Shown here piece after piece: positions 1 through 12,206 of a DNA stretch of 64,000 bases. The translations under genes were made by a program, and so were the position numbers. The notes beneath the pieces are model-generated. The model was given only the letters and a program-made list of their open reading frames with translations, was not told the DNA's origin and did not search any database. Position 1 is the first letter of the stretch; each line of letters begins with the position of its first letter. This stretch comes from Ptychomitrium polyphyllum (taxonomy: Eukaryota), in NCBI GenBank assembly GCA_973851085.1, contig OZ316776.1, positions 2,232,001 through 2,296,000 on the forward strand, read 5' to 3'.

Positions 1-1171
1 ATGTAGAGAAAGACAAATTTTTTAATTTTATATGCTACACAAAATGAAGTAAAAAATTACAATTCTTTAGTTTAGTTTTTTATAAAAGACATGCATATTA
101 TGATTTGTTGTTATCACCATAAATTATGATATTTGTACACGTAAATTAAAAGATTTGAGTTTGTAGAACGCATTTTGATTTTATTAAGAAGTCTACTTGC
201 TAATAATTAGAACTTTCCACTTGCTTTCAATGAGTGTGGTTTTTGAAATTTTTGTTTAAGTTGTTTTTAATTTCTTCTTTGGTATTTGAGTTGCTAGTAC
301 GTATTATATTTTCTTGTGGATTATGACCTTTTCATGTGGCATACAACATTATCACGAAAATTGTGTTATATATTCCAACAATTAGTGCAGAAATGTCTTT
401 CCTATTAGCCATTATGAAAGTATTTTTGAGATAAGAACAATCTCTTTAAGTTGTCAAGAGAAGCCATGTTTAATTCAACATTATTTTCATACTATTACCA
501 ACCTACTTAGTCTACTACTAAATACTACTAAGTTTTCCATGTAGTACAATCGGACTTTAGTTATTCATTCTATTTTCTATTATTTTAAATGATCGATCTA
601 GATTAAAAGTTATATAATGTGGAACCTGAAAGACTGGTGTTTAAAGTTCTCAATTTAGAATTGTGGATGTGTGTATATTTCTTAATTTTAAATATTGTGT
701 TTGTGTATTAATATTTGTTTTGTGTTTTATTGTGTTTGGCTTTTAAGTCCTTTATAATACTCTTATTATGGTAACCTTTGTTCGTGTCTTTAATTCTCAC
801 AATTCTTTTATTTAATATTTATGAACCCTAACAAATGGTTTTCCATCTTCTCCATCAAACATTTAGTACCTAAAATGCCCATGTCAAAAAAAAGGTGTAA
901 ACTAATCCTTGGCAATTAACAACTTCATTCCATAATATGGAAGAATCACATTTCAAACATGTTGGATCATCGTTACCATATAATTTGTTCAATTCGCCCT
1001 TAAAAAAAACCTTCATCACTAGTATATGGTCCGTTGATAAAAGGACAACCCTGCCCGATCACTGGACTGAGGGTCGCTTGGAGTCCTTGCCTCAATTCAA
1101 CGGCCAATTAGAAGAGAACACAAGGAAACTTGTATTTTTGATTGGGAACCTAGCCAGGTTAGCATATACAC

Positions 1172-1240
1172 TAGAGAATGCTAGGGTATATATTTAGAGA
1201 ACGCTAGGGAACCTATTTAGAGAACGGTAGGGAACATATT
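1172..1240. repeat. Three imperfect tandem copies of a 23-bp unit
   Basis: tagagaatgctagggtatatatt / tagagaacgctagggaacctatt / tagagaacggtagggaacatatt, read directly. Confidence 0.85.
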
Positions 1241-2330
1241 GCATGAACGCATTCTGGCATTTTGATTAATCTCTCCTCAGTGTGATGGATCTTTACAAGA
1301 TCTGTGATGGCGGACGAGGAGTGAGACATCAGTAGGGCTTCTGTTTTCAGAGAACTGGGATGCGCAGCTGCCTCCATGGTGGTATCTGCTGATACCCGGG
1401 GAATATAATAGTGCCCCTCCGCAGATTCACCCAAGGAGGTACCTGCTGACACTCGGGGAATTGAGTAGAGCTCCACTGCAGATACCTCCACAGGCCCCAC
1501 GGGTAGGATCTTTTACACGCAGGAGGGTGTAAGAAGGGGTATCACCCCTGCGTCCGTCTGTGGCAGTTCATATTCAGACTAACTTTGCTCTTCTCGGCAT
1601 GACACGTAACTGCTATAGTATTTTTTGCAGGCTTCCAAATCAATGGCAGTGAGTTATTTGAGATTTTCTTCCGATATTTATGTGGAAAGATGGTCAACCG
1701 AACGACTCTGAAAACCGTCAATCAGGTCTACTACATTTCTCATCTATTGTAAGACCGATCAGTGGGTCCTGGTAATCACACATTGATACCATTCGTTTGC
1801 ATTAAAGGTCAAGTATACTTCCTACTCTGTCGAACAGCTAAACGAGTGAAACTCCCTGCACATGAGTTACCGTATATTGACGAGAGTGGGATTTGGACTT
1901 GGAAATATTCTCTAACCTGGTGCGGCGTTGTTGTGTGGGGCTCCAATGCCTGTGGCAGCTGTCTGCTTTCAAAATCCCGTAATACAAGGAATAAGAAAGA
2001 AGGAGGTGGTTGATAGTGAGAGAATATCTTCCTACGAAAACACGAGTTGGTATGAAGAATTATGTAGCGGTTCCTCCACACTTATCCAAATACACAATGG
2101 ACATTCAGCATACGTTGGTACTATTCATCTTCAATTGTGTTGAGTCTGCGCATAACTTACAGTACATTGTACAAGCCATTCCATGGCTTTCGCAGTGAGC
2201 CTCCAGAGCAATATCTTCAGTGCTGCGCCCAGTGGCACACCGGCTGATGTTGCCACGATGCCCGCGGATGTCATCTCCAGCCAATTCATGGGAGCGAATC
2301 ACGCTTCGAAGCGAAGGTCGAACGGTCAGC
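1213..2330 (-). pseudogene. Possible degraded spliced gene or lncRNA of unknown family
   Basis: Moderate-GC patch in AT-rich DNA. Exon-like unit with TGCAG acceptor (~2330), ATG at 2289 (MNWLEMTSAGIVATSAGVPLGAALKILLWRLTAKAMEWLVQCT) and GTAAGT donor at 2160. Downstream candidate exons contain stops. A ~57-bp internal repeat encodes IPRVSA twice. No homology recognised. Confidence 0.2.
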
Positions 2331-3948
2331 TGCACCAACCGATTGCAAAGAGTAACCTCTTACAGAATCTTATAAGCATCCGATTGCGACTGACTAAAAG
2401 TCTACAAGACAACTAACATACGTTCAGAAGGAGAAGAGGTTCATCACATGACAATTCTAGTCGCCTTGAAGGCAGGTAGCACTCACAGATGAAAGCAACA
2501 TAACATGCAAAAGCTGCAGGCGAGGGCAGAGACTCACGACAACGAGCTGAAGTACAGCAGAGATCGATAAGAGCGGAGATATGCAAGTAATTCAGTAAAG
2601 AACTATTATATATAGTGAGTTTCAGCACGTACTTTGTATAACTTTTCAGGACAAACATTTTGGACTTCGCGCGAAGTGTTAGCGCTGGCGGAAGATAACT
2701 GGTCCTGAGTACGGAAATACATGCCCGGGGCGCGGACCTACAGTCTGGGCAGCGGTTCGCGCCATGAAAGTATAGAACAGTAAGAGATGAAATTTGAAAT
2801 GACATGTTTGCGTTGGCACCAGAAACTTCCCTACAGATGAATCACACATGCTCAGAAAGACAGGAAAAAGAAGCGACACTAAAAATTCTGAGATGTGGCA
2901 GTAGCAACACCTCCGGATAACATTTTGGCACCTGCCGTAAATTTTCAAGTCAGAACTGAAATCAGGCGAAGAGAGGAAGACATAATTCTGACAGGTGGCA
3001 GTCATGCCTTTCTCTAAATCTCCCAATTGTCGTAGGGCGTTGGCAATGAGCAGCCAGTCTAGCGTAAATTTAGTGAATAAAAACTTACTCACTAAAGTAG
3101 CAAAAAGTAAATTAGTTTTAATTAAAAGTTAAAATCTATTTTTGACATAATGGATCTAAAACCGCGAAAATAGTTCATAATTCTCATAGATATATAGAAT
3201 TTTAATTATTCAATTTGGATAGTTGTAAGAAACACTCTTCACAATGTTTGCAATACTAATGTGCATCTCGATTGAACTATTAGAAGATTATAAAGGTATT
3301 TGAACTTTTCGAATATAAGGACAATTATTTTTAATATTCCATAGAATATTACTAAAGTGTTGATGTATATATTACATATGTTATTATTGTTTATACAATC
3401 TTAATAACTTTTGATGGCCTATATTAAGCACAATTTTTGTACAATTATTTTAAAGCTTTTGATGTAAAATTAAAGAATATTATATACATGTAATAAAATC
3501 CTTCATTAAAAGTAGAATCCCACACTTACAATGATTCATGCTATCAAAACTCGAATTTTCTTGGCAATCGAGTTCAAGAACAGCGCACTCGTCCCGGTCG
3601 TCTTGGTCGTATCGGTAGAGCTGGCAGAGAGTGCATTAGAGAACGTGAGAAACCCGGGGAACTCAAGAAACGTAAGGATAGGGAAGATCGTTGTGGACTC
3701 AGAAGATGAGATCCTGTTCATCCACTTCAAATGTCATCCGCTGCATCGCACGCCCTGGTGAGTGAGGGAGGCTTATACCCAAAATCGAGTCATCTAGGAA
3801 CTGTTTACTTGTGTGTTGAATATTGTACGCTGGGCATAGATAGCGGTGGGTTTGGGTGAGGTCGAGGAATCCTACAACAAGGGTGGGGAGAGAGAGAGTT
3901 TGGCGATGCCGTAGAAACGGTGGCCAGTTTTGCACCGGGGAGGTCTGG

Positions 3949-6900
3949 ATGGCCACCATGGCGAGCTTGGCTGCGTCGTCGTCTGCGGCTGTGGCGAAGG
4001 CGCAGCTGCAGGCTCAGCAGGAATGGCGGCCGAGGCCGGCCAATGCGGTGCGCTTGGTGGCGAATGCGGGCGCTAGACAGTGGGCGTCGTCGTCTTCGTC
4101 GTCGTCTGGGCGGAGGGCGTTGGGGGTGCGGTGCGAGGGCGGGCAGAGGGTGGGGTTTCTAGGTCGGCTCGGGAGGGTTATCAAGGAGAAGGCTAAGAGC
4201 GACATCCAGCTTCTGTTTTCCGGCTTTTCCAAGACGCGGGAGAATTTGGCTGTGGTGGACGAGCTGCTCACGTACTGGAATTTGGATGAGTCTGAGAGTA
4301 TTCTCGACGAGCTAGAAGAGGTGAGTTTCTTGTGTCCATTGAATGTGTACTCGCGTCCTTTGATGACGGCCTGTTTGGTTTTCTCTCAATTTGGCTTTTG
4401 TGTCTAGCGAATTTTCACATGTGCTCTTTGGAGATTTTTTTTACATGTTGTCAGGATACGGATACATGTGCTTCATTATGAGTTTCAAGCTGGAGTAGAT
4501 TTTCGGTTAGAGAGAGAGAGAGAGAAAGACATTGTAATTGGTTGCTGGCGTGGCTTTGCGTTGGACAGGCGTTGCTTGTGTCCGACTTTGGTCCTAAGAC
4601 TGCTATGAAGATCGTGGATGCTCTTCGGAAGGACATTCTTGCAGGCAGGTTGAAGTCTGGGCCACAAATCAAGGTCTGTCAATTGTTTATTTTTCACAAG
4701 AGCGTGCTTCTTTTTTAGGTTTCTGAGTTCTATTTAACAGTTACAAACTCTCCCTTCCTGAGAGACAAATGGTCGAAAGATAATTGAAAACATTAAGATT
4801 GTTAGAGTTAGTCCTGGTAGCAGTTTGAGAGGCAACGAAATTCCATTAAATAGAGGAGATTGATTTTGCTGGTGTGGTTTCTACGTCATTGTGAAGGAAG
4901 CTTTGAAGAGGAATATTGCGAGATTGCTAACTGAAAGAGTGAGCACCACAGAGCTTCAGTTGGGTACCAGGTTCGTCAAGTATTCATAGAACCTCAATCT
5001 CGCCATTTTCAAAATTTCGTTTTTGAGTAGTAGAACGACATTATATAGTGTTATTTTCATATTTACTTGTTTGTGTTCAATCAACTTTGAAGCCAGTTAC
5101 TCAAGTGTGATTATGGTGCTTCCACAATCGTTTGCAGGCGCCCTGCAGTGTTAATGATTGTCGGCGTTAATGGAGGAGGGAAAACCACCACTATTGGTAA
5201 GTTCAAATATAAGTATGAGTAGTGGTATTGTTTTCTATCAAATTTCATGGCAGGGGAGTTCATCAAGCAAGTGAGACCTTTATGAAGCACTCGTTGTTGG
5301 CAGGAGTTTGATCTTTTTCACTGAAGCAGTTTTATTTTATGCTGGCAGGAAAATTAGCGAATAGATTTAATAAGGAGGGCGTTAAGGTGAGCCTTGCACA
5401 TCGCTAAGGGTGCTGATTTGTTCAAGTCAACCATAAACATGTTTGCCACTCTTAGTTTGATTTCAGTAACTTATTAGATGGTCTGTGGATGTGTTTTGGC
5501 GACAAAGATTCTAGTTTGAACTAGAAACAACTGTCAGTTATATAATAAGTAGATTGTAGCGAATATGGATAAATTGCATTTCATGCTCCTAGCAGATAGC
5601 AACCTCGTTGCAGTTGTGAGCCGATTTCAAGTCAATTGGTGGGCTTTATATTTAGCTAGTCTGAAAGCATGTTGCATTTGCTGTGTAATTTCAAAACTTG
5701 AATGCTAGTTATGTTCGCTGGTTAACTGAGGTCTCATATACGTGATGTTTACTTGTAGCCAATAAAGATCATGTACTCTTGGTCACCCTCTTATTGCTTA
5801 GATCCTAAAGATAACGATTATTTAGTCATATTGGTCTGAAGTGGGAGTTGCTAATTGCTGCTTTATATGCTCAATTTTGCCTGGCATGTTAAAGGTGCTC
5901 ATGGCGGCAGGTGACACCTTCCGAGCCGCTGCTGGTGAGCAGCTAGAAGTCTGGGCTCAGCGGACGGGTTCAGAGATCGTGATGCCAGAGGCTGGGGTGA
6001 AAGCTAGACCTGCTGCAGGTACCACATAAGACGAAATTAGTTGCCTGATAATTGTTTTTTGTGCTTCTGCATGAACGATAGTGGGCTTGTTCATATATTG
6101 ACGCGCCTTGCGCAGTGTTGTCCCAGGCTGTCAAGCGGGGTGTTGACGAAGATTTTGACGTTGTACTCTGTGATACCTCCGGAAGTACGTGCTTAATTAC
6201 TCTGCCGCAAGCAACTACACTCAAATTACTCTGGTCCTTCTTTCATGTTTCGTGTATTAGTCTAGTTCATCTTGTAATGTTTGATTTGAAATTGGAAATT
6301 GGGGTTATACAGGGCTACATACAAACTATAACCTGATGGAAGAATTGCGTGGATGCAAGCGAGCCGTCAATAAAGCTCTTCCAAACGCACCCAATGTACG
6401 TGTTCTTGGGAGTGTTATAAGCCCTGTTTCTCGAAATTTTGAATGTGGCAAATTCATTTTATAATTGGTGTTCAAACAAAGGCTCAGTATTGCACAAATA
6501 TATTGAAAAGAAACTTGTTTTAGTAATTGCTATGCACAGGGGTTGTGAATTATCACACAAGATTTGAATGGGTTTACAAATTTCTTGATATCTGCTTTTG
6601 TGAGGGTAGTTTAGAACCTCTTATATACTTGATTATGACAATGGATTTGAATGTAAGAATCTTCAACCTGTACTATTTTTTATACGATGTTCATTATTTG
6701 ATCTGAATGTTTTGTGTCCGATTGTACACAAGAGATATTGTTGTTACTGCATCACTATGAACTGGTGTTAAATTTCTTGAAATTGCCATCTTCTCCAGGA
6801 GGTCCTGCTAGTTCTTGATGGGACCACAGGACTGAATATGCTGCCACAAGCTAGAGAATTCAATCAGGTCCCTTTCACTTTTGGAGCTTTTCTTTTTCAT

Positions 6901-7367
6901 TTATTTATTGTTTAATGACTTCGTGATTGTTAGCGAGTGAGCTGAAGATTGTCATCTAGAATGGGAGCTAGATTTCTTCGGCAGTAATGATTCTGGAACA
7001 AGCTATTTGATTTCCTCACCTGCATTCTACTAATTATTTGAGCATTGAACTCTTAAAACAGGTGGTCGGTGTTACGGGTTTCATTCTTACCAAGCTGGAC
7101 GGTTCTGCACGAGGTGGCTGTGTGGTATAGTCTCGTCACTTTTCCCCAGCGCTTCAAAACCATATTATTCAAATGAAACGTGCTCTCTATCACTCAAGGG
7201 AAGTGATACCTGGCTTTTTTAACCTGTCATTCTTCCTTAACGGCTGTGTGCAGGTTAGTGTTGTGGATGAGCTCTCAATTCCGGTGAAATTTGTGGGTGT
7301 TGGTGAGGGACTGAACGACTTGCAACCTTTCGATGCTGAATCGTTTGTGAATGCTCTATTCCCTTGA
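3949..7367 (+). CDS. cpFtsY: Chloroplast SRP receptor cpFtsY (about 11 exons)
   Basis: Ser/Ala-rich transit peptide, then FSGFSKTRENLAVVDELL, LLVSDFGPKTA, GVNGGGKTTTIGKL (P-loop), AAGDTFRAAA, CDTSGRLHTN, LDGTTGLNML, TKLDGSARGG and GVGEGLNDLQPFDAESFVNALFP*. GT-AG introns are phase-compatible. Alternative ATG at 3958. Confidence 0.96.
4509..4523. repeat. (AG)n microsatellite in cpFtsY intron 1
   Basis: Run of AG dinucleotides read directly. Confidence 0.8.
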
Positions 7368-10300
7368 TCATTTGTACCTGAAATTTACTTAATCAAACAA
7401 ATTTTGACCTTGGTAGATTATGGTAACTATCTTCTAGATATCAGATTTACTTGCACTATTTTCACAAAACTATTGAGGCAAATTCATTGTGGCAATCGCT
7501 GGGAGGGTGAACCTGTCTTCTTCAACGTACAGATCGCTGGTTAGGATACCAGTGCTAGTAGGTAGAAAATTCCAAGATTTGAATCTTCTTCTGGTTTTGC
7601 AACCGCTCAGCACTGATGTTTATCAAACTTTTTTCCAATGGGGGCTTTATTTAACCCTTAGCACATTTCTTGGAAATATGGCAAAGACGGAAGATGAGCT
7701 CGACTACAACTGCATTGCAGATCCAGTGTATCTCTTTCCTTACAGCTATGCATGACTCATAGCTGCAATGTGGTAAATCAATGGGCGAGTCTTTGGACTC
7801 AATAATATTTATAGTTCTCTCCTCTTACAAGGTGGTGTATTCATCTACATGCCCGAATATGTACAATACCTCATTTTGGCACTTATAACATAATCTCCAC
7901 ACATTTATACTTCACGTGTTTGAGAAGAAAGCCATTTAATGAGTGGCTTTCTTTTATAAAAAGTTTAGTTGTGCATTGACGAGAAAGATATAATGATGGA
8001 AGTTATCATTTATTTAGTGGGACTGGAATTGCCCTTGATCCTTCTAGCTATTCCAACATGCTTGAAGCCTTCTTCTTCTTATGGTAGAGGGTTCATAGTC
8101 TTTGTTTACTTCAATAGTTTTTAAATTTATGTTCCACTCCTTATTATACTTTCTACAAAATTTATATTACACATATTTGGAGATTTGTTATCATATGAAC
8201 GGTGAGTTGTGAGTGGTGAATAATAAGATATGAAATGTGACCAATCAATTCAAAGTTTTAAAAGTACTCAAAACTTATGACCATGAGTTTAAGAATTCTA
8301 AAAGGTTCTAAGAACAAACAAATTTGAATAATATGGGCAAAAGCTAAATTAGTCGAAATAGTTAAAAATCAAATTATTGTGAAAATAATAGAATAGTAAT
8401 AAAATGGGCGCCCTATAATCATGACTACTTTTTATGATCTTACAATTTCAATATTAGACCTGATCTTTACCAATAAATCTATGCAAAAGCCAAATATGAC
8501 CAAAAAAAAGTAAACATTCTTTCCAAATGGACAACACATCACATTCTATATTCTTGCTCTTACTCAAGTTATATCTAATAGGCCCAACCATAACTTATAA
8601 TATAATGACAAGCAGTAAACTTAAAGTCAAGGAGAAAATCAACATTGTCAAACTTAGCACCTTGCTTACTATAATATGATAAATGTTAGGCAACTCCAGG
8701 CTTTCTTGCAATATTAATGTTTGCACTATCAATGACTTCATTCCAGAATCCAAGATTCATATAGTCATCGCATTGATTACTTCAACGGGCATTTAATTTT
8801 ATAATACGTTTATTCTTACCCATAAAAGCTGAATGTTCCAAACAATATAATCAAGAAAAAGATAAACCATATATAGAATTAGAAGTAGTTCCAATGCCAT
8901 ATAAAAAGAATCTCTATAATTTTAATTGAACTATAGTTTTGTCTCTCAACCACCATAGCATGCCGCTTTCACACTGTAACTAATAAGATTTGATGAGATT
9001 GTTATCCATTAGAATTTTCTAATTGTAAAATGAATAAAAACTTTAATTATGAAATAATTAACGATTTTTAAAATTTTATTACTATATTTATTACCATTAT
9101 GATTTATTAATAATATTACTATTAATGTTTTTATTATTTTTATTATTGTGTTATTTCAAGTAAAACATTTCTTCTAGATTTACTAATTCTAAATTAATGT
9201 ATGTTAATATGAAATGTACTATAAAATAACATATTGTTTGTTGTTGTAAACTTCAGTTGTTTAAATAGGCAATCACACACCACACAACATTTACTATATT
9301 ATCAAATCTATATTGCTATATTATCGACATATGCAAAAAAGTTGTTTTTAATTAATACTTTGTTTTCTTATTATTCTATATTTCAAAAAAATATGCTTAT
9401 ATTCAATGTGTAAGTATCAATTTGAATGTATTTAAATGTTTTCAAATGTATTTAAATGTCAATTTTTGAAGACATATTTATCTAATCTACTTCACTACGT
9501 CATATTGTTTACTACACCACACTTACTTCTTGGTTCCATATTACCATCATGTTCCTTATTTAATATTGATTAATTAATCAAATTGAAAGAAAATTTGGTT
9601 GCTTGGTTTGAAAAGAATCATAAGCTAGAACATATAAGAACATGTTTTTAAGAAATTCCTTGAACTTTTTTTTCTTCATAAATATGCTTTTGATATACAA
9701 ATGTCAATCTTATGACAAGTTGTATTTACATATAGTCATTTAACAAAAACATCAAACAAGTTTTTATAAATAAAATACTTCAAATGCATCAATTTAGTAA
9801 AAACCAATATTTTCTTATAATTTGAGTTCAATGTAATTTATAAATTCTATTGTAATAATAACCATATGTTTATTTATAACATTTTAGTTTAATATTATTC
9901 ATTTTGTTAACAAACTTAACTTCAATTGCATGCCATTTAACATGTATCATTATGTTTTGATAGTTTGAAATTATAATTTATCTATTACTTTGTTTTGAAT
10001 TTGCTCTTTTATCTTTATGTTCTTCTATATTGATCAACAATCAATGATTTTGTTTTTAATTTATGATTACTTTTTAAACCAATTTTAATAAAGGAGAATT
10101 GGAAAAGAATTATCTTACACGATTTGTAATATTATTTTGTTGATCACTCAAATCTGCTTTGTTATGTTTGTAAAAATATATGATGGATTTCTAGTAATTG
10201 TGGTTAAAGTTGAAGAGCAAAAGAAAAATCATTAAATAACATCTCAATGTATTAATAAAACATTGCTAAAGAACAAACTTTTGATGATTTGTTGTATGGA

Positions 10301-12206
10301 TTAAACTTTGAAGAAACAAAAAGGTAAATTTTTAATGTTGTACTAATAAAATACTATTATTCTAAACTTCACTATGTACTACAATGTTAAAAGCTTGATT
10401 TACCCACTTTTGGTAATAATAAACATTAAAAATTTATTCACAATAATATTGGTAGTTATTTTCACCATCGTTATCAAATTTGCTATAAGTTTTTATAGCA
10501 TGAACCTTTATAGGTTTGTAATTGTAATTCTACTAAAACATGTCATTAAATGATATATATCATTTATTATATTTGATATATGATATTCTTCAATTTTACA
10601 CAAAAAAATTAGAATAATTGTACAATAGTTGTATTACTTATATGCCATTAAAAGTTAATAAATGAATAGCAATAGCATATGTAATATATACATCAACATT
10701 CTAGCATTATTGGACATAATATTAAAAGATAGTATTCTTGTATTCAAGAAGTTTAAATGCATTAATAATCCTTGAGTTGCTCAATCAATATATACACATT
10801 AAAATTGCAACAATTGATATTTTATTGCAAATTTATAGGCAAAATTCTAAGATGCATTTGCAATTTGCTAGAGTAAAAGTCATTATAAATTGGCATTATA
10901 TATATAAATACTACTCATAAAGTTGTAATTTAAAAAAGCTAGTACAAGAGAATTTGTTCTCATGTGTTCTTATAAATCAAATGGCTAATAAATAACATAT
11001 GAAGTGAAGATTCTTGTATATAAAATGTCTCCTTCATGCATCAAAGAATTCTCATATTGAATTTAAAAAAATAAAATAAAATATAATTGGATCTGACAAA
11101 TAATAAAATAACTTATAAACAAGAACCTCACACAAAAGTATATTTTTCATGCATTCAAAAACTCCTAAATTCAAAAGATTACTAAAAGAAGATATTTAGA
11201 TTTAACAAATAGTGGAACAAGCCAAGCCACATCATATGCTATACAATGGATGAATCAATCATGCTAGAATACAACATTTATTTCATGTTTTGCTGACAAC
11301 TTAATGAATTCATACCTTAATAGATTATATGTAATAAGTTTGAGGATTCACTACCAAAAATATAATTTTACAAAACTTAAACATTTGAAGTTTAAATATA
11401 TACACTACGTACATACAAACAAATAAACAGTTTAATATGAGTATTTGATGCCTGTAATTCCGCGACCGCATTCTGTAGTTTCAAATTGTTTTGATTGTAC
11501 ATTTGGTTTTCGCAACAAATGAAGGTTTCAGAACACATTCAAAGTTCGAAGTTCGACTACCAGAAAGTACTTCCTTATAAGAGATATTCTGTCTCTTGTC
11601 AAAATTCAGGTGCTCCCAACTTCCAATAGAATCTTCTTTCCAACATCAAAACGGCCGCAATCGACTCGAGGACAACGGAGCACAAAGCAGAGACCAGCAA
11701 GAGGAAACGAAGAAAGCAAAAGCTAAGGAACTAAGAGCCTGGAATTGTAACCCGTCATCTATACGAACTAGCCAAAGTCGAAGAGTCGAAAAGGCAGGAC
11801 TAAACGGAAACGAATAAAGTCAAGTCGACAATAAAAAGCGAACCCTGTTCTCACTTCCAGGGCTTTCGTATTGCGACAATAAGATAACCCTGATTCATAC
11901 TCGAAAACAGAACAACTGCGGTGGTCACGTCACTCAAACTTCACGGCCACTGGAACGAAGAATGCGCGAACACATACGACGACGCTCTGATATAGGGCAA
12001 CCTACGCAACAAGAAGTTTTGACAGTGCGATTCGTGATGAGCAGGGCGGGGTTGCTGTGAGTTCGGGGCCCGGGCCCTGGCATCGGATAGTTCTGGGAGG
12101 CGGGGATGCACCGCTGCACATCGCTTGACGAGCTCTGTGCTGTGCAGGGGGCGGTTCGGCCTCGGGGTTTGCAGGGCGGAGGCGAGGGAGGGGCCAGGCG
12201 GGGAGG

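Noticed and set aside
1172..1240. Short direct repeats as a possible CRISPR-like array
   Set aside because: Units are contiguous without unique spacers, the context is eukaryotic, and there are no cas genes.
7925..7970. 10-bp stem hairpin (aagaaagcca...tggctttctt) followed by Ts and TTAG, resembling a terminator or Helitron 3' end
   Set aside because: Intrinsic terminators do not apply to plant nuclear genes, the CTRR end is imperfect, and the orientation would put the element inside the cpFtsY 3' region.
8000..11450. Very AT-rich intergenic tract, possibly decayed transposon (similar tract at 61200-63100)
   Set aside because: No LTR, TIR, TSD or transposase/RT motif could be recognised.
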